From Amoebidium appalachense (taxonomy: Eukaryota > Protista > Ichthyosporea), in assembly GCA_963693365.1 (NCBI GenBank), contig CAVNZM010000008.1, positions 10,104,293 to 10,168,292 on the forward strand: DNA of 64,000 nt, in the 5' to 3' direction. Below are positions 37,598 to 51,654 of the stretch, in pieces. The notes under the pieces are model-generated. The model saw nothing but the letters and a program-made list of their open reading frames with translations. It was not told the origin of the DNA and made no database searches. The position numbers and the translations under genes were made by a program. The stretch's first letter is position 1, and every line of letters starts with the position of its first letter.

Positions 37598-37723
37598 GAG
37601 ACGCTTATTATTATTCGTGTGTGTGTGTGTGTGAGGCTGGAGGAAGGGAGGGAGGGAGAGAGGAGGGAGGGTGTGCGCGCGAGAGATCTAGATGTCTGAG
37701 AGAGGGGGGGGGGCGGGGGCGGG

Positions 37724-37769
<46 letters not shown>

Positions 37770-37795
37770 TATATATATATCATAATATATATATC

Positions 37796-37870
<75 letters not shown>

Positions 37871-37912
37871 AGAGTCGATAGGGAGGGGGAGAGAGAGAGG
37901 GGGAGAGGGAGG

Positions 37913-37962
<50 letters not shown>

Positions 37963-39061
37963 CTGCCATACACACACATACACTCCCCGCAGCAGCCGCC
38001 ACCACCGCCACCCCCCCTCCCCCCTCCCCCCTCCCCCCCTCTTCCCCACCGGTTAACACACACGGACACCACCACCGCCCCCGCCCCCCCCCCCCCCCCC
38101 CCTCCCCCCCCCCCCCCCTCCCCCTCCCCCCCCCTCCTCCCCCCAACGCACACACGCACCAGCAACACCACCACCCACCCGCCCTGCGCATCGATAATGA
38201 AGGCTTTTATTCAATTTAATTACAGGGGTGCATCACATGGGCTAAATTAGTAATAAACTTGAAGACAACTGAAGGGGGAGAGGCCTTGGCCAACCCGATT
38301 ACATCCGCCTGATTCTCACCTAGTCCCGGTCGGGGTCGACGTCCTTTGTTACCTTTGGCTACAGCTGTGACAGTGGCGCCACATTGCTGCTCAAAAGATT
38401 CAAGGATGTGTTTAACATAGACCTGCCATTTTCTGGATGCTTGTTTGTGTGCCTACAAAGCCCATACAAGGTTCAGCTGTGCTGTTACTCAACCGAAAAA
38501 ACAGAGAGTGTGACAATGAACACGCATCATTCGTCATCCTTCGTCAGAACAAGCTTCCTCCAATCAAACAGCACGCTGCAAATTTGCAATGCGCATCTTG
38601 TTCAGGAGTCGGTCAGACTTGTGCATCGATGGCATGTGCACATGCCTGCAAGTCAGTAGTGACTTTTTTTGCCCGGCCCAGCTACACAAAGTAAAGTTCA
38701 CGTACAATAATAAATTATAGTATTAGTGACGCAAAAATCTATTCAAACGGCCGTTTAATTCCGGATATTCTTGAAATTGGGCCGAAATTGCTAGATCTAT
38801 GGAATTGATCAGGACCGTATCCAGATCAGCCAGATCTATTTTTTCTACTCGCGGTAAAAACTGAACAAGACCCTAAGACTAATGAACAGCCTATCAATCA
38901 AATAAAAGTACTATAATAGAAATTAATAGATGGGTGGTGACCAAAATCTTTCTAAAATATGTGCAGACTCATCGAGCCGGGTGTCGGAAGCCGGGATCCG
39001 ACTGAGTGACTCCCCTCTCCCGAGGGTTATTTTCATCGTCATCCCGCAGATTCCAGCACAT

Positions 39062-39142
39062 AGATCACTTGGCCAATAGGAAGTGGTTCTCAGTTTATGT
39101 GTAGCGATGTGATTGTGAGAACCCCGGAGTATATAAACAACC
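39062..39142 (+). promoter_or_regulatory. Promoter of Cys-rich copy 2
   Basis: CCAATAGGAAGTG at ~39073 and TATATAAA at 39130-39137. Confidence 0.6.
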
Positions 39143-39322
39143 CAACTTGCCTGACAATGCATCAGTTATTCCACAGCGCCACACACAAGTTCAAACATCG
39201 CCATCGGCACAACTTCAGAAACAGAGGTAAAGATTCTACACTTATTGCGCAACGCTAAGAACACGTTCACTTTACAAACAGAACTTTCCACACGCCCACT
39301 AGCACACTCTACTCCAGACACC

Positions 39323-40126
39323 ATGGCGACCATCACCCACATTGCCGCAACCCTTGCCGCCCTTGCAGCCCACACAGCAGCCAAGAGCACTCTGATCTCG
39401 TGCAGCACGTGGGTGGACAACTCGGGCACCGTCTGCTACAACTCCGTGCAGACCACGCACATGTGCAACCCCGCCACCTTCACCGACACAAACTCGTGCG
39501 GCACCGAGTACTGCTGCACCCCCACAGAGGTCGAGACCACGTGCTCGGCCTGGACCAAAGACAACAGTGTGAAGTGTGCAAACGGTGTGGCCAGCCAATC
39601 ATGTGTCGAGAATGGAAGCGATGACGATGCCTGCAGCAACGACTACTGCTGCGTGCAATACGTGAAGGTGCTCTCCAACTGCTACGACTGGACGGACTCG
39701 GGCGTGCAGTGCGGCTGGCCACGTGTCAGCAACTGGCAGAGCGTTCTGGAAGACTACGAGTGCTTCGAGAATGTTCCCACCACCACGGGTACTGCGCAGG
39801 TGCAGCAGAACGGCATTGGGCCGTGCAGCAAGGCGCAGTGCTGCGCCCTCGTGGAGACGACAACCACCACCACCACAAAGACCCTCACGCCCACCCCCAC
39901 ACTCCACCCCGTGACCCCCACCCCCGCATGCTCTGCGTACCCTACGCCCACGGGCACAAACTACGACTGGCGGTGTGACTGCTGGGCGGCGGCCAACGAT
40001 GTGACGTGCCCGTCGGGCAAGTATCTGCAGACCGGCAAGGAGTGCACGCGCTACAGCAACCTCTACCCGAATGTGCCAAAGTGCCTCGAGAGCAGCTGCT
40101 GCGGCTCCAGCCCCTGGGTCTTGTAA
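39323..40126 (+). CDS. Secreted cysteine-rich repeat protein, copy 2 (inverted)
   Basis: Same 267 aa as 36082-36885 except three substitutions (A>T, S>N, P>L). Confidence 0.88.
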   Translation: MATITHIAATLAALAAHTAAKSTLISCSTWVDNSGTVCYNSVQTTHMCNPATFTDTNSCGTEYCCTPTEVETTCSAWTKDNSVKCANGVASQSCVENGSDDDACSNDYCCVQYVKVLSNCYDWTDSGVQCGWPRVSNWQSVLEDYECFENVPTTTGTAQVQQNGIGPCSKAQCCALVETTTTTTTKTLTPTPTLHPVTPTPACSAYPTPTGTNYDWRCDCWAAANDVTCPSGKYLQTGKECTRYSNLYPNVPKCLESSCCGSSPWVL

Positions 40127-40605
40127 CTGAATGGATGCACCAATAGCAAGGCCGCTTTTAAAGTCAGACCATTCAATGTTCTGACGTGTATTGTTTTCAC
40201 TTAGCTTCCGATTTCACGGTAACTCCCCGTATACATAGTTGTCTTCGTGTGTAATATGCTGATATGAGATGGTGTGCATATTATAGAATGATATTTCATA
40301 CCTGCAGCTGGCTGCATGGTGATAATGACTTTAATTAGTGTACAGAACCTCACGTTGAGCCCGACAAGGCCAATAAATAAACTACACTGCTGTTCCACAG
40401 AATCGTTGTGTTTCTTCATGCTGCAGTTCTGGCGGTACACAGCTCCTGATTCATCGTTTCTTTTTCTTTAACGCCCCACTAATCTGCCCTACCAGAGAAA
40501 CATCCAAATGCTTGATCATGTCGTGTGTAGCCCCCCAATCCCCCACGGCGCTCCAGACCTCTCTGTTCAGCTCTCCGTCCCTCTCTCCCTCTCTCTCCAT
40601 CCATC

Positions 40606-40759
<154 letters not shown>

Positions 40760-40922
40760 CCCCTAACCCCTCACCGCACTCACTCTCCCCTCCCCCTGCC
40801 CCTCCCTCCCTGCGAGTCACACACACACACACGAACACACACACACACACACACACACATACTTTCCATCCCTCCCTCCCTCCCTCCCTCCCTCTCCCGT
40901 CCCTCTCTTTTTCTTTCTCTCC

Positions 40923-40953
<31 letters not shown>

Positions 40954-41278
40954 TCTTCCCCTCTCTCTCTCGCTCTCTTGCTCTTGCTCTTGCTCTCGCT
41001 CGCTCTCTCTCTCTCTCTCTCTTCGAGACTCCCTCTCTTTCGAGCCTTGGGCTCTCTCTCTTCTCCCGGGAATCTCTCTTTCCCCTCCCCGGCCCCCCTC
41101 CCTTTCCATCCGTCCCTCCCTAACTCCCTCCCTCCCTCCCTCACTCACTCACTCCCTCCCTCCCTCCCTCCCTCCCTCCCTCCCTCCCTCCCTTCCTCCC
41201 TCCCTCCCTCCCTCTCTCCCTCTCCCCCCCCCCCCCCCTCTCTCTCTCTCCCTCTCTCTCTCTCCTCTCTTCTCCTCT

Positions 41279-41542
<264 letters not shown>

Positions 41543-41623
41543 CCGCGCACACAGCTCTCTCTCTTTCCCTCTCCTTCCTCCCCCCCTCCCCCCCCCCCCC
41601 CCCCCCCCCTTCCCCCCTCCCAC

Positions 41624-41992
41624 AAGGCCCCAACCACATCGGCAGAGTCAGCTTGCAAAAGTAGGATTTTTCTGGCAAAAGCGGAAATACTCTTCAAAAA
41701 GCGGAATTTTTCTGCAAAGAGCAGAATTGCTCTGCAAAAGCAGAATCACTCTGCTTTTAGTAGAATTGTTCTGCTTTTAGCAGAATTATTCAGCAGAAAG
41801 CAGAAATATTCTGCTTAATCTGCTTTTAGCAGAACAATTCTGTTTTTAGCAGATTGATTCATTCTGCTTGTAGCAGATTGATTCTGCTTTGAGCAGATTG
41901 ATTCTGCTTTTGCAGAATAATTTTGCGCAGTGCAGAATAATTCTGCTTTTGATTCTGCTTTTACTTGACTCAGTCGATGTGGTTGGACCCTC
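41624..41992. mobile_element. Sola-like MITE with internal GCAGAAT repeats
   Basis: TIRs AAGGCCCCAACCACATCGGCAGAGTCA / TGACTCAGTCGATGTGGTTGGACCCTC; 4-bp TSD CCAC/CCAC. Confidence 0.8.
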
Positions 41993-42196
41993 CCACACAC
42001 ACACACACACGCACTCAAAGTTTCTCCGAGGCTCTCTCTCTCTCTCTTTCGAAATTCTTCCCCCCTCCCCCCCCCTCTCACTCTCTCGCTCTCTCGCTCT
42101 CTCGCTCTCTCGCTCTCCCGCTCCCCCTCCTCCCTTCCCCCTCTTGCAACAGGACATTGCTGTGTGTGTGTGGGTGGGTGGTTGGGTGGGGGTGGA

Positions 42197-42233
<37 letters not shown>

Positions 42234-42919
42234 TTGATGTGTGAAAAAGACCGGCAGCCTGGCAGGGTAGTGAATAAGACAAAAATCGATTGGCAAGAGT
42301 GACCAGCACTTAATAAGGAATCCCACATAGCCAATCAAACTGCGCCAAGTAAGGAGCCGCTGCGAGCCAGAGCACGGAGCAGCAACACAAAAACTCAAGC
42401 CCAGCCCTATTTGCAACAAAATCGGGGAAAAAAATAAGGGCCATTTCAATTACAAAATCAACGTTCTATTGAAAAGTAGGCTATGTCGGCAGTTCGCCAC
42501 ATGACATCAGTGTGACGTCAATATCACGTCATAATGAGGCCAAATTAGGTGATTGGCCTTAGTAACTGTATATGGTGGAACCGCCTTTAGAAAGTGGGGT
42601 TACTCAATAACCATAAAAGGGAATCCCGGAAGAAAAACTGACATGTTCGTTTGGTTTTCAAAGTTAGGGTTGGAACCGACCACTCAGGGACCCACAATAT
42701 CCTCATCATTCAATCAGTCTGCCGGGCACTAATAGCTTCACTACATTCATGTAGGAAAGCCTTCTACTATCATCAACTTGCCCCACACAGTCCCCTCCCC
42801 CCCCTCCCCCCTCTTCCCCCGGTGGGTGGCTTCCTAATTGGCGGTAGATGAGCTTACGGTCAACGGATTTGTTCCGGCTTGAGTACTGTCGGTTTAGTGG
42901 GCTGCGATCCTCTGCTCCA

Positions 42920-42968
<49 letters not shown>

Positions 42969-43023
42969 CCCTCTCCCTCCCCCTCCCCCCTCCCCCCCCT
43001 CCCCACCCCAAACAGACACACAT

Positions 43024-43101
<78 letters not shown>

Positions 43102-43250
43102 CCCTTACACCCCTCCCCACACCCATCTATCCACCCACCCGCCTGCCTAATCCTTGCAAAGAGCTGCTGCTTTTCCCTCCCCCCTGCCCATCCCTGTAAA
43201 CCCCCCCCCCCCTCCCCCTCTCTTCCCTCCCTCCCTCCCCCCCCCCTCTA

Positions 43251-43389
<139 letters not shown>

Positions 43390-43741
43390 AGATTAGTATT
43401 GTGTTAATTCATTATAGGAGTGTACCTAGAGTAATTAATCAAGATTAGAAAAGAGAAAAGAGAAATTACTACTTTATACAAAAAAAAAAAAAAAGAAAGA
43501 AAAGCAATGAGTAGAATGCAATTTAAATATAGTGTAAAGAAAAATAGTTGAATGAAGAGTAAAAAATTTAGTGATTGAAGAGAAGTGATAAAAATGTCAT
43601 TGAACAAAAGAAATATTAAAAGTCTAAACATATCCTCCAAATGCTCTCTGATTTGGCACAACTTAACATCATAAACCGAACAACCAGAATTTAGTAGGTG
43701 GGGATCATGTATCCGTGCGTGTGTGTGTGTGTGTGTGTTAC

Positions 43742-43845
<104 letters not shown>

Positions 43846-44259
43846 CGTGTGTGTTTGTGTGTGTGTGGCCGAGTTTTCTTTCGTTTTTTGGGGGGTGTGT
43901 GTGTGTGTGTGCGCGCGCATGCGTGCGTGCGCGCGTGTGTGCATGTGTGCGTGCATAAGTGGGTGGGCGGGTGCGCTCGTGTGTGTGTGTGTGTGTGTGT
44001 GTCTGTACTCTCGATGATGGATTCCGAACTCTCACTTGTGAATGTTCAATGTGCGGAATGCGACAAGGCATGTAAGAGCACAGGGCCCCCCTTAAAAATT
44101 CAAATCTTAATGAGTCTTGATGATTGAGTTCTGCACGGACACCAGTGGTACATATAAAACGTTGAAACCACTAATAACAGGGCAAGCTTTAGTTTCTAAA
44201 AGGGAACGGGGGAGGGAGAGAAGGAGGGGGGTCTATATTTAGGCCTAAGGTTACTACAT

Positions 44260-45284
44260 TTAGCCCTGTGTAAGCGTTGGGGCAATGGGACTAGGTGTGG
44301 TTGCAGAGGAAAAAAATGGCAAAGGGATCGATCTGGTTCGTCGCCTGCGCAGGAGTGTCCGATTAATGATGATCGGACATGTACGCCGATTGTGGCCTGT
44401 CTGAAGGCACCCACTGCACATGTAGTGGGGGGGATTTTTACCCTTGACGGATATTTCTTCAGGGGGGTTTTCCTTCGAAACTTCAACCATGGTAGGATTT
44501 TGTTTCGAATATTTATCCTCACCCATAGGGGGTTTTTCCTTCAAAATTTCAACCATATCACCCTCTCCGGAGAGTCCCACAACATTTCCTGCCATGTTTG
44601 CCGAATTTTCGCTCTGCATGTCTGACCTCCCCGCCTCATCTTCCGATTTCACCGCTACCTCCATTTCGGCGATCGGATCCGACCCCAACCCCGTTTCTCT
44701 CTTTTCTTGCACAGTTGCCAAAAGGGGAGAGAGTGAAATCATTCCCTGCCATTTTCCTGGGCCCGAAATAAAATCCGGTGGAGAATCCATCTCTAATGAT
44801 TCATGGTTGGAGAGCGAAAGGGAATCGAATAGTCGCGGCATGCTATCGTTCGATTCCAAAAGAAGAGACATGAGCGTGTGGTCAAAGTCCAAGGGTTCGG
44901 CCCTGGGGAGGGGGGCTGTATGCGGAGCGGCGAAATTTCCGTGGCTGCATGACCGCGGTCGGGAGCCAAGGCGGGCCCGAGGGGGGGTTTTAGCCGTTTG
45001 TGAAATTGGGTTGTGGCGGTTGGAAGGGCGAGGAGTAGGGGGACACTGGAACGAGACACCGTGGAATGTTTGGGTTGCGGGGGGAGCTGTGTCGTCTCAC
45101 AATGGGTGGCTTCTCGCGGCCGGCAGTGGTGGTTGTGGTGAGATTAGTTGCGCTGGTGCGGTTTACGCTGCGCATGGCGGTGTCCAGTAGAAGGTCGACC
45201 GTCTGTGCATTTTTTTTTTTTTTTGGGTAACAGTGTGTGGGGAGGACGAAAGTAAGAAAAGAGACCACCAGCCCCTCCCCCCCA

Positions 45285-45331
<47 letters not shown>

Positions 45332-46214
45332 AAAAAAAAAAAAGGAAAAAAAAAGTCCACCGTACTCCCCCCCCCCCCCCCCCTTCCCCCCCCCAAAAAA
45401 GGCCACCGTAGATCCTATCGTCCCCCCCCCCCCCCTCCCCCTTTCTTTTAAGGTGTATTCTCCGCCTCCCTCTCTCTCTTTCTCTCAGTCAAAAAACATG
45501 TGCCTTCCACTACTAATCAGTCGTTTTGCTTGTACAGGCGGCTTTTTTCCCCCCATATTTCACCTGTTCTTCCTCCACACATGACTTCCGATGCACAAAA
45601 ACTTATACTAAATCGTAAAATTCCGTCAATCTAAATCATATGAACACTTTCTATTGGTTGGTTTGATTTCTTACCTGTTGGTCAATGTCGCAGTTATGAA
45701 TATCCGCAGGCGGGTGTTCCCCGTTAACCTGCACCAACAAATGTTCGCAAATCAAATTCAACTCAGACACCTCCACGCTGCCCAACTTTAAATCATCACT
45801 TTCCGAGGCCTCTTCATTTTCCTTTGCACAAACCTCCGAAAACTGGTGTGGCTCCTCTGCGAAAGACACACTCGCATATGGGGTGTCTGTGGTGTCTGAA
45901 AAGGATGGGGAAGAATCATAAGCCCGGCCTGGTGTCGGGCGGTGAGTTGTTGTGTCTGCTGGGTCGGCAGACATCCATTGGCACATGTCATCGATAATAC
46001 TGTCTACATTCTCGTACGTAGCCACACCTATCTTTCTTTTTGTTAGCGGAAATACGTGTGGGTGTGCCGTGTGTTTTACGGTGTTTTGCAGAACGTATTC
46101 CGTGTCGGACTCGTCAAAAACGGGATCGGAAAAAGACTCCATCGCATGTTGATAATATCTCCATTCTGTAGTTTCTCCGCTTAAAAACGCAGAAGGGGGT
46201 TCCTGGAATGTCAT
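44260..46214 (-). CDS. Low-complexity protein with C-terminal CCHC zinc knuckle (putative regulator)
   Basis: Exons 46214-45675 and 45202-44260 (phase 0; one frameshift needed around 45000-45090); CSGCLQTGHNRRTC followed by RRRRTR. Confidence 0.65.
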
Positions 46215-49200
46215 GGGTATGCGGTTGCTATGTGCACGGCGGACCTGTTGTGGTTTTGTGTTGCCACGAAACTGACTCCCGTCAAAAAATGAATTTTCTT
46301 TCGACGATCACTCACCAGGGGTGGGCCTTAGTCCCGCGCTTGAAGTTCCTTGTTGATGCATCTTATTGAAAATTTAAAATGTGACGTTCAACGGCGGCTG
46401 AACGGTGTTGCCTCGTTAATCAGAATAGGACCAGACGAAGTGTTTTTGATAGAAATATTATGTGAATTGGATTAATCAGAACTAAACGGTAGACTTGAGT
46501 ACTGTGCGCCGTGCTTATGCATTTGATACCATAAGTTCACGTTAAGGCACTGACATGATATGCAAGTGCAGGCATGTATGTGAGCAATGGGACCGGAAAA
46601 GAATCGGCACAACTAACAGCACACTTGAAAAATTGTGCTTGTTGTAGCTCAACAGGTTGTTTTGAACTTGTTTTTCTTTGTGTACTCAATTGCAATGAGA
46701 ATCAGGGCAGCTGCAACTCCTAATAATATGTGTATACATACAAAAAGCTTGGAAACGATGGACCTGTTTGCCGTGAAAAACAGCAATACCGGTATCTAAG
46801 GCTGATATTATAAGTTCAATGGCACCAGGTAGTGAGAGAACCTTTCAAAAATGCGTTTGGACACTCTCCTAGAAACAGTGACGGGTGTGGACTGAATGAT
46901 TCCAACTTCTATCTATACTGGCTCCTATTATTACAAGGAGTGCACTTTCAACTGAGGACACAAACCGGGCTCAGTCGACTCAAGAACATGCCCGCTCTCC
47001 TCAGGTTCCAATTCAGGCTGTGGTATGTGACTTTGTGTTTCGCAGGCATGCATCCGCTGAGTCACTGTTAGTACTCCCTCCGGTGCGGACCTCATGCGTG
47101 AGAGAGACCCAGGGCTCGGAAATATAATAAGGACATATTTTAGGTTACGTGGTAATGATGGATAGTTGTACGAATAAAAGAGATTTTAAACCATCACATG
47201 GAAAAGAAAGTTGTAGGCTGGAGGGGGCGAGGAGTAGCGGCTCAAATGTATGTAGCAAAAGTTTGGAAAATGTTTATGACCCGAGGCCAAGCTTGCATCC
47301 GTGGAGCTAGCGAGCGGTGCACTCCAAAAACAATCATGGAAACAGAAATAGAAGTAGTTATTTAAAATGCATTGCTCGTGTGTTAGCCTGTGTGATACTC
47401 AATTTATTTTAGCATTAGCTTTTGGAAAGTCCAATGTATATAGTACCTCTTGCAGCTGGAACACGAGACGCGCCACACGTGTTTTTTTGAGGCGTGTGCA
47501 CATGCAGCACCCGGGGCTGGATGATGCGCCCTTACACATGCACAACCGTCAAGTCAGGTCCGATTGGTGAATCGAAATATGGATATAGTAATGTGTGATA
47601 GATGTCCAATACGTAGATCTGTTTAGTGATCCCAAGGTGCATTCCGAAACCGTGCAGCCAGCCCGCGGCCGCGGCGGGCCGGCCGCGGCCATGGCGCCAA
47701 GCCTTTTGTGTGGTTGGAATCAACACCCCAAAGGCCGTTGGTCATTCTTCCAAGTGTGTTTCTATAATATTTCCAATGAAACAATGAAATAAGATAACAG
47801 TCTGTAATGACCATTATGTGTGCACGCTGTTTTGAGGAAATCAACACATTACGCATGCAGTATCTCAAATTCCATGCATACATACCAGCATACCACATTA
47901 AAACATGTTTTGTGCTGACCAATAGTAGAACAGATGATGTTTATTTTCTTGCCGGTTCGTGAAAGCGTCATCTGACGCCCCTTCGCGGCCACTTCGGCAT
48001 ATGAAATTCGGCATGAATGGTACATGGGTTATAAACCGTTACAGCAGAGGGTAAACCCTTAAACTTCTAATTTCAAACACTCAATTGTATTTTTGCGTTA
48101 GTTAAAACTTGAGAGCCGTTTTTTATAGGTCCAAAATTCTTGCGGGCCTTGTGCACTTACTAACAGTCTTCGGAATCGAGGGTTCGGGCCAAATATTTAG
48201 ACCTACCAATTATACAGCAACGATGACGTCAATTCTTCACCATAAATGGAGTTCCTGGTAACGTGGTAGCCCTGCTCCCACGCTTCAACAGGCGCTGGAA
48301 GTTGCCTGAAACACGTCACAGACGACGTCACGTGTGCCTCACGTGTTCTTCTTCTGTATGGTCATTGACCGTCGACGTGTATCATACGGGTGAAAACTAC
48401 ATGATGTGCACAAGATTGCCACGTGTGTTTATGCACGTGTCAAGTCGAGGCCTGGGCTGCATGCGCAGCTGTAATACCACCTGTACACACGTGCACACGT
48501 GCACATGCATGTGCGGTATGTCAAGACTTTTGCTTTGATGAGTCTTTGAGCTCCCTTCAAAATTGCAACAATCCTCTACTTAAGGCATTGAATCCTGACA
48601 ATGGTGCATGGCCATGGGCACATTGATAATACACATGCGTATCCATACTTCCTGTGCATGCATACTGTGCCACAACTTGCAATATTATGACTCCAAAACG
48701 GTAGTAGATCTAGAGTCCACGGGTGGGCACGGTGGTGGAATTTAAGCCCGGGCCACCAGGTGGCCGCTTGATCGCCAAGCAAACGCAATGCACACAACAA
48801 TAGTAGTCTTTTTTCGGTTGCCCACTGAGTCCCTACTATTACTGTGTAACTGCACAGTCAGGCCAGACTCACGTGCACGTGGGGGGCTCGGGGGTCTGGA
48901 CCTGGCGGCAACGGAGAAGTGCAAACGATATCAAATGACACGAACATGTGATAATATGGGTCCAAACGTTAACGCATGCCACACACTCGGTGAATGTGAC
49001 ATGTACAAATGTGTCTGTGCAACATGTGAACAGCAGCTGCTACGTAGCCCACCACATTGACAGCCCCAGGGACTCGAAGCCAACGTTCGGGCCACAACTT
49101 ATAAATGCAGGCGATGTGAATAAACCTGCAAGCTGTGAAAGCGAATATTCTTTCCAGCATATATTTCTGCTGTTACTGACACCTGACCATCATTACCATT

Positions 49201-49236
49201 AACTTTCACACACACACTGTCGTGGATGTACCAGGC

Positions 49237-49611
49237 ATGCATCCCACCATGCAGCAAAAAAAGGGACCACAGACGCTCGGCCTCGCCTTCACCATTACCC
49301 TTCTCCTGGCCACCTGCATTCTCGCCATCCCCATCACCAACCAACTCGAAAACCATGCCGCCAATGACATCCACACAGAGTTTTCTTCCCTGAGGCTCCA
49401 CCGCCGTCAGGGGACCTTTGATTGCTCTACACGCAACGCTGAGCCGCTTATAGAAAATCCCACTCGCCCCGAACACTGCCGCTGCCGATGGGGCCTTGTG
49501 TGGTCTGCAATGAACGGAGGGTGTGTGTCTTGCTGTGCGCGTGTGCCTGACACCGCGGCGTGTGAAAGAACTTATCAGTTCCGTGGATACACCGAGGTAG
49601 GAAATCCCTAA
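49237..49611 (+). CDS. Secreted cysteine-rich prepro-protein (possibly first exon of a larger gene)
   Basis: Hydrophobic signal (LGLAFTITLLLATCILA), pro-region ending RR|Q, then 7 Cys. Possible donor GAG|GTAGGA at 49596; candidate exons near 50489-50578, 50790-50836, 50904-51080. TATAAA at ~49100. Confidence 0.6.
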   Translation: MHPTMQQKKGPQTLGLAFTITLLLATCILAIPITNQLENHAANDIHTEFSSLRLHRRQGTFDCSTRNAEPLIENPTRPEHCRCRWGLVWSAMNGGCVSCCARVPDTAACERTYQFRGYTEVGNP

Positions 49612-49764
49612 ACAAGGACCTAAAAAGCGTGTGAAACAATCGTTATGACAAACATTCCATGCCATGTTGGTGTTTTCCGTGTTTGGGTTTTGTGGCCAAG
49701 ATTAGCTAGAAAATGGATGGAGGGAAGGGGGAGGAGGGGCGGAGGTTTGGAGGAGGGAGGGAGG

Positions 49765-49795
<31 letters not shown>

Positions 49796-51450
49796 GTGGG
49801 GGGGAGGGGGGAGGGGGGGGGGGGAGAGGGGGGGGGGGGGGGGGGAGGGGGGGGGGGCGGGGAGAGCATTATAAGCACTTCAAAAGTGTATTGTTTGACA
49901 GAGTAAAAAACCGAATCAGAAAACTCGCGGCGAAACTGTTTCGGACATCCTTTTGGCTTGATTGTCAACTATGAGCTCTCCGGAAGGGGGCGCGGGGGGG
50001 GGGGGGGGGGGGGGGGGGGAGGGGGGGGGGGGGGAAGGCCCTGAGGGAGGGTGGAGGGCGAGGGGGAGAGGAAAGGGGGCAGGGTGAGGGGGGGGAGGGG
50101 GGAGGGGGAGGGGGGAGGGGAGGAGGGGGGGGGAGGGGGGAGCTTGAGCCATGCATGATGCGGCCCCGTGTTTATTTTGCCAAGAGTCTAGCCCCAGATT
50201 GGATACCATGCAACCCCAAACTTATGGCTGTTAACTAAATCCGACATGATGATTCATGGTTTATACGCCTGCCAACCACTGCGTCCAAAGTTTTGGGCCA
50301 CTTATGACGTGGTCTATCTTCTTCCCCGCGTTTTAACAGTTTAAACCTTCATGCACAAAACAAATAGCTTATCAATATAGATTTATGCACGGGTCTGATT
50401 TCGTTACCGATTACCATATAATCTTGTCGGTACCAAGTTAGTTGTGATCCCACACACAACTATAGCTCATCTAACCCATGCTTTGCAGTATGTGACATCT
50501 GGGGTGACTGAGACCGCCGGGCCTGCGCCTGCCGAATCATCCCCCGGAGCTGCCGTCAACATGGGGGCATGCCGTCCCGTGAGTGGATAGGAGGGGCTGG
50601 CAAACCACCCCTTACCGTGTTTTGAATTACGGACGTGTCGGGGGTCTGTTTACAATTGTTTGCTTCCAAATTGTGGGTAAATATCGAAGAAGATACTGGC
50701 AATTGGTCATGAAGTGAAAATCTGTGGCTTGCATTTTCTAAAACATAAAACGGTTTTTTGAATCGATCCCGTCATAGGCAATGTACAGTATGGGTGTGGG
50801 TGGTGCTTGTCTCGGCAATCACTCCTGGGATAACATGTACCTATGGGATTTCACCTGCTTGAATTTCATCCCAAAAATCAGATCGCGGCATATTTTGTTT
50901 TAGGATTGCCGCTGGAAGTTGGTATCTTGCAAGGAAAATGCGAGGAGCAAGAGCAAAGTCACTGAAAAGCTGAGACTTTTGGGTGTCTGCTTGTATGGGA
51001 GTGGAGCAAGACGATGGAACCCTCGGGGATTCCGAAACGGAGTGACGTATGTACATTACATGGAGCCTGGGATTGACAAGGTATCGGATATCATAGCAAC
51101 AACACCGTTGCCATGTGCCAGTTTAGAAACTGAATTGCTCCCCCCTCCCCTCCCCCCCACTCTCCCCCTCCCCCCTCCCCCCCCCCCCCCCCTCCCCCCT
51201 CCCCGCCCCACCCCCCAGAGGGACGTTGGCAACCTCCGCTCCCTTCCGAGGCCTTCCCGCCTGCCCTCCCCCCTCCCCCTCCCTCCCCTTGCCGCGGGAA
51301 ACTGCTGGGAAACTGCAAACCCCCCTCCCTCCCGGCATCGCTCCCCCCCCCCCCCCCCCCCCCCTCCCCCCCCCCCCCGGCAATGCAACCCTACTCCCCC
51401 CCTCCCCCTAACGCACGCCGCACGCACGCACGCACGCACACACGCACATA

Positions 51451-51482
<32 letters not shown>

Positions 51483-51497
51483 TGCACACGCACACAG

Positions 51498-51539
<42 letters not shown>

Positions 51540-51654
51540 GGGATCACTGCCACCACAAACACAACACACTGTGACAAGCACAAACAGAACTGGTCATATC
51601 ATAAACAGTAATTTTCAACGTTTATCCCGTTTTTTCCCCCGGAGGAAGCCTCTA

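Noticed and set aside
39245-39322. 26-aa N-terminal extension of Cys-rich copy 2 in the ORF track
   Set aside because: Starts at TTG, absent from copy 1; the ATG at 39323 has a CACCATGG context and begins the signal peptide.
44444-45190. 248-aa plus-strand ORF
   Set aside because: Antisense shadow of the zinc-knuckle gene exon.
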